Assembly (NCBI GenBank): GCA_946627725.1
Contig: CAMOVW010000001.1
Coordinates: 1 to 54,085, forward strand
From: an uncultured Clostridia bacterium
GTDB lineage: Bacteria > Bacillota > Clostridia > Oscillospirales > Acutalibacteraceae
Direction of reading: 5' to 3'
DNA length: 54,085 bases
Within the stretch, counting starts at the first letter, position 1. Every line of letters begins with the position of its first letter. The notes under the pieces were generated by a model. That model was not told where the DNA came from and did no database searches. It saw only the letters and a list, made by a program, of their open reading frames with translations. This document shows positions 51,545 to 54,085 of the stretch, one piece after another. The position numbers and the translations under genes are program-made.

Positions 51545-51585
51545 GGCCCGAAAAACAGGGGTGTTTCCGCACGGGCCGTTTTTTT
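51545..51585 (+). terminator. intrinsic terminator just upstream of P3
   Basis: GGCCCG…CGGGCC stem with inner AAACA/TGTTT pairing, followed by a T7 run. Confidence 0.65.
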
Positions 51586-51678
51586 GTGCTATGCTTTTCA
51601 CGTCGCAAGGCAAGCGGCCCGCCGGGGACGGCGGCAAGCCCCCGAAAAAATTTCCCGAAAAAAATTTTTGAAAAGGGC

Positions 51679-51731
51679 TTGACAAACGGGGTACACCGTG
51701 ATAATATGGGCACCGTGGACGGGGTACACCG
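51679..51731 (+). promoter_or_regulatory. early promoter P3 with two direct ACGGGGTACACCG repeats
   Basis: TTGACA 51679-51684, 17-nt spacer, TAATAT 51702-51707. The 13-mer occurs at 51686-51698 and 51719-51731. A-tracts upstream. Near-duplicate of P1. Confidence 0.75.
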
Positions 51732-51764
51732 AACACAAACGACAAACGACAGGAGGCCAACACC

Positions 51765-52019
51765 ATGAAAAGCTACACCGAAATCAAGCAAGCGCTCCGC
51801 CGGGAAACAAGCGATTCACTCCGCTATTTCACGAAATCATTTCTTGCGACGTACACCGCCGCCCTGGAAGAAAACAAGCGCAACGCGGAAAAGGGGATCG
51901 ACGACAGTTATTGCGATAATGGTATCTGGACGCGGCACGCATGGGACGCCGTGCGCAAGACGGATTTTTACCAGAAAAGCGGCTCCGCCTATTGCGTATT
52001 CCTGCAAATTGTAGCTTGA
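51765..52019 (+). CDS. hypothetical early protein
   Basis: ATG behind GGAGGCCAACACC, 84 aa. Confidence 0.6.
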   Translation: MKSYTEIKQALRRETSDSLRYFTKSFLATYTAALEENKRNAEKGIDDSYCDNGIWTRHAWDAVRKTDFYQKSGSAYCVFLQIVA

Positions 52020-52119
52020 CAAGCCGAAACGCGGCGCGGGCCGCGTCCGCCGGGGATCGCCTCCCGGCGCTGATGATGGCAGGCGAACACAACACCGAAT
52101 TTTTAAGGAGGCCAACACC

Positions 52120-53016
52120 ATGAAGGATCTGTATTCTGAAATCACCAACGGTATCATTGAACAGCTGGAGCAGGGCGTTATCCCGTGGAAAAAGCCCTGG
52201 ACGGGCGTCAATTCCGGCGCTATCAGTCACGCGACGGGCCGCGCGTATAGCCTGCTGAATCAGATGTTGCTTGCCCGCCCCGGTGAATATATCACCTTCA
52301 ATCAGTGCAAGCAGGAGGGCGGCAAGGTCAAGAAGGGCGCGAAGTCAAAAATTGTCGTGTTCTGGAAGGTGCTGCCCCGCGAAAAGAAGGACGCCGACGG
52401 AAACATTATCACCAACGCCGACGGCAAGCCGATCATTGAAGGGCTGCCCGTGCTCCGTTACTTCCAGGTGTTTCATATCGACGATTGCGAAGGGATCGCC
52501 CCGAAATGGGAAAACAAGCTGCCCGCCGTCGCAAGCCCCGACGAACGCGCCGAAAATGTTTTGATGGATTATGTACGCCGGGAAAACATTCGGCTTGAAA
52601 ACGTGATAGGCGACAAGGCGTATTATTCCCCCTCCTGTGACCTTATCCGGCTGCCGATCATGGAGCAATTCGACAGCACCGCCGAATATTACGGCACCGC
52701 GTACCATGAAGCAACCCATAGCACCGGCCACGCAACGCGGCTAAACCGTTTCACCGGGGACGCTGCCGCCGCCGCTTTCGGCTCCGAATCGTACAGCAAA
52801 GAGGAGCTTGTCGCGGAAATCGGCTCCGCCTGCTGCCTGCATGAATTGGGCCTTGAAACGCCGTCCAGCTTCAAAAACTCCGCCGCCTATATTCAGTCCT
52901 GGCTCCGCGTTTTGAAGGACGACAAGCGAATGATTATCAGCGCCGCCGCCCGCGCCGAAAAGGCCGTCAAGCTGATTTTCAACATCACCGACAGCAAGCA
53001 GGCGGACGGGGAATAA
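52120..53016 (+). CDS. ardC: ArdC-like antirestriction protein (ssDNA-binding N-domain + zincin-like protease domain)
   Basis: GVIPWKKPW N-terminal motif and HEATHSTGH (HExxH) in the C-terminal half. Confidence 0.85.
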   Translation: MKDLYSEITNGIIEQLEQGVIPWKKPWTGVNSGAISHATGRAYSLLNQMLLARPGEYITFNQCKQEGGKVKKGAKSKIVVFWKVLPREKKDADGNIITNADGKPIIEGLPVLRYFQVFHIDDCEGIAPKWENKLPAVASPDERAENVLMDYVRRENIRLENVIGDKAYYSPSCDLIRLPIMEQFDSTAEYYGTAYHEATHSTGHATRLNRFTGDAAAAAFGSESYSKEELVAEIGSACCLHELGLETPSSFKNSAAYIQSWLRVLKDDKRMIISAAARAEKAVKLIFNITDSKQADGE

Positions 53017-53065
53017 TCCCCGCCCCCTGCAACGCCCCGAAATCATTTTGAAGGAGGCCAACACC

Positions 53066-53296
53066 ATGAAAAAGCTGCTTGCAATCGTCGCCGCCCTGGC
53101 CCTTGTCGCCGCTGCTTCATTCGCCGCCGGACGGGCCGCCGGTATCCGGCACGCGATAGAGGACGCCGAAATATACACGGTTGAATGTTACGATCCCGAC
53201 AACCCCGACGAAAACGCCCGCCCCGACGGCACCGATCAAACAATCTATATCGAGCTGGACGGGGAAATATACGAGCACGGCATGTATCAGGGATGA
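53066..53296 (+). CDS. small membrane-anchored/secreted protein
   Basis: ORF trimmed to ATG 53066. Begins MKKLLAIVAALALVAAASFAAG. Confidence 0.6.
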   Translation: MKKLLAIVAALALVAAASFAAGRAAGIRHAIEDAEIYTVECYDPDNPDENARPDGTDQTIYIELDGEIYEHGMYQG

Positions 53297-53413
53297 ACGC
53301 CCCGAAATCATTCCGCCCGACGATGGCCCGCCGGTTACGGGCCGAAACGATCCCGCCGGGATCGTCGCGGAAAACCGCAACGCATCGAAATCATTTTGAA
53401 GGAGGCCAACACC
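53294..53413 (+). repeat. long-form intergenic element, copy C (hairpins 53325-53343 and 53347-53365)
   Basis: Contains the same 55-mer as the window ends (53327-53381). Confidence 0.8.
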
Positions 53414-54001
53414 ATGAAAACCGTTTTCACCTTTACCGCCGACAGCATCACCGTCAAGGGCAAGACTTTCCCCGCTGAATACTCCGTTACCCCGTCCGGC
53501 TCCGTGTTCGTGTTCGTCCAGGAGGACGGCAAGCAGGAAAAAACCCGTATTCGCTTCAACCCAGATCATGCCGAATACGCCGCCGCCCTGGCCGCCGCCC
53601 GCAACGAGCAGCCCGCCCCCGCTGCCGATGAACGCCCCGAAATCATTCCCGCCGCCGATCCGGCCCCCGCTGCCGTGGAAGAAACGCCCGCCGCCCCCGC
53701 TGCCGATCCCGCCCCCGTCGCCGACGGAAAAGCGACGCGCGGCCCCGTCCCGGAAAAGACTTTCATCGGCGAAAGCATCACCGGCAACGGCTGGAAAATC
53801 CTTTTTGACGGCGAAACGAGCCGCACACGGATTATCTTTGAGAGCAAGCCCACGGACGCCGCCCGCGCTGCCCTGGACAAGGCCGGTTTCTTCTTCTCCG
53901 CCGCTATGAATAGCTGGAATAAGAAATTGACCTTCAAGGCATACCGCGCCGCGCAAGCCCTGGCCGGTGAATTGTCCGCCCTGTACCCCGCCGCCGCTTG
54001 A
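53414..54001 (+). CDS. hypothetical early protein (beta-rich N-domain, Pro/Ala linker, GFxxS…W C-domain)
   Basis: ORF trimmed to ATG 53414. Linker ADERPEIIPAADP. The C-terminus DKAGFFFSAAMNSWNKKL resembles plasmid/phage DUF3560-type domains. Confidence 0.65.
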   Translation: MKTVFTFTADSITVKGKTFPAEYSVTPSGSVFVFVQEDGKQEKTRIRFNPDHAEYAAALAAARNEQPAPAADERPEIIPAADPAPAAVEETPAAPAADPAPVADGKATRGPVPEKTFIGESITGNGWKILFDGETSRTRIIFESKPTDAARAALDKAGFFFSAAMNSWNKKLTFKAYRAAQALAGELSALYPAAA

Positions 54002-54002
54002 C

Positions 54003-54085
54003 GGCGCGGGAACATTCCGCCCGACGATGGCCCGCCGGTTACGGGCCGAAACGATCCCGCCGGGATCGTCGCGGAAAACCGCAAC
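54003..54085 (+). repeat. long-form intergenic element, copy A (continues at nt 1-87 if the ends are joined)
   Basis: Hairpins at 54029-54047 and 54051-54069. Followed at nt 56-87 by the conserved leader of gene 88..987. Confidence 0.75.

Noticed and set aside
50358-51671. ORF-track entries inside the GC-rich array (for example 50728..51534, 50491..51096, 51147..51671)
   Set aside because: All six frames are open. The products are almost pure Arg/Gly/Pro/Ala. There are no ribosome sites, and the frames simply follow the repeats.

Overview
The window reads as one complete temperate, contractile-tailed phage genome of about 54.0 kb. It is probably circular, because nt 1-55 are identical to nt 54031-54085. 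The host looks like a high-GC Firmicutes/Clostridia type, judging from GGAGG Shine-Dalgarno sites and the gene families present.

Minus strand:
- A cro-like early operon runs 47392 to 33727. It carries an HAD-like protein, DUF1064, a structured non-coding island with two tRNA-like modules, DUF551-like, DUF3102, ORF6C, dUTPase, a replication initiator with internal iterons, a G39P-like loader, SSB, Gp37/Gp68, a C5 methyltransferase, many small Cys/Zn proteins and a sigma-like regulator.
- A late operon runs 33588 to 5748. Its head module is lambda-type: terminase, gpW, portal, ClpP-like protease, decoration protein, capsid E.
- Its tail module is P2/Mu-type: sheath, tube, chaperone with a -1 frameshift, gpD-like, spike-like, tape measure, gpX, gpW/gp25, gpJ, gpI.
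- After the tail module come fibre genes, a complete diversity-generating retroelement (target-avd-TR-RT) and a lysis cassette.
- A separate small tyrosine-recombinase cassette follows.

Plus strand:
- cI-like repressor, a secreted moron and a large serine integrase.
- A roughly 1.1-kb extremely GC/G-rich degenerate repeat array with no credible ORF.
- A 14-gene early operon that crosses the window ends (51765 to 4561). It is driven by three near-identical consensus promoters and includes ArdC.

Items most worth follow-up: the DGR, the tRNA-like non-coding island, the G-rich repeat array, and the repeated promoter/leader/hairpin elements of the plus-strand early operon.

Product calls rest on motifs I read in the translated ORFs and on family knowledge from memory. 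No searches were run.
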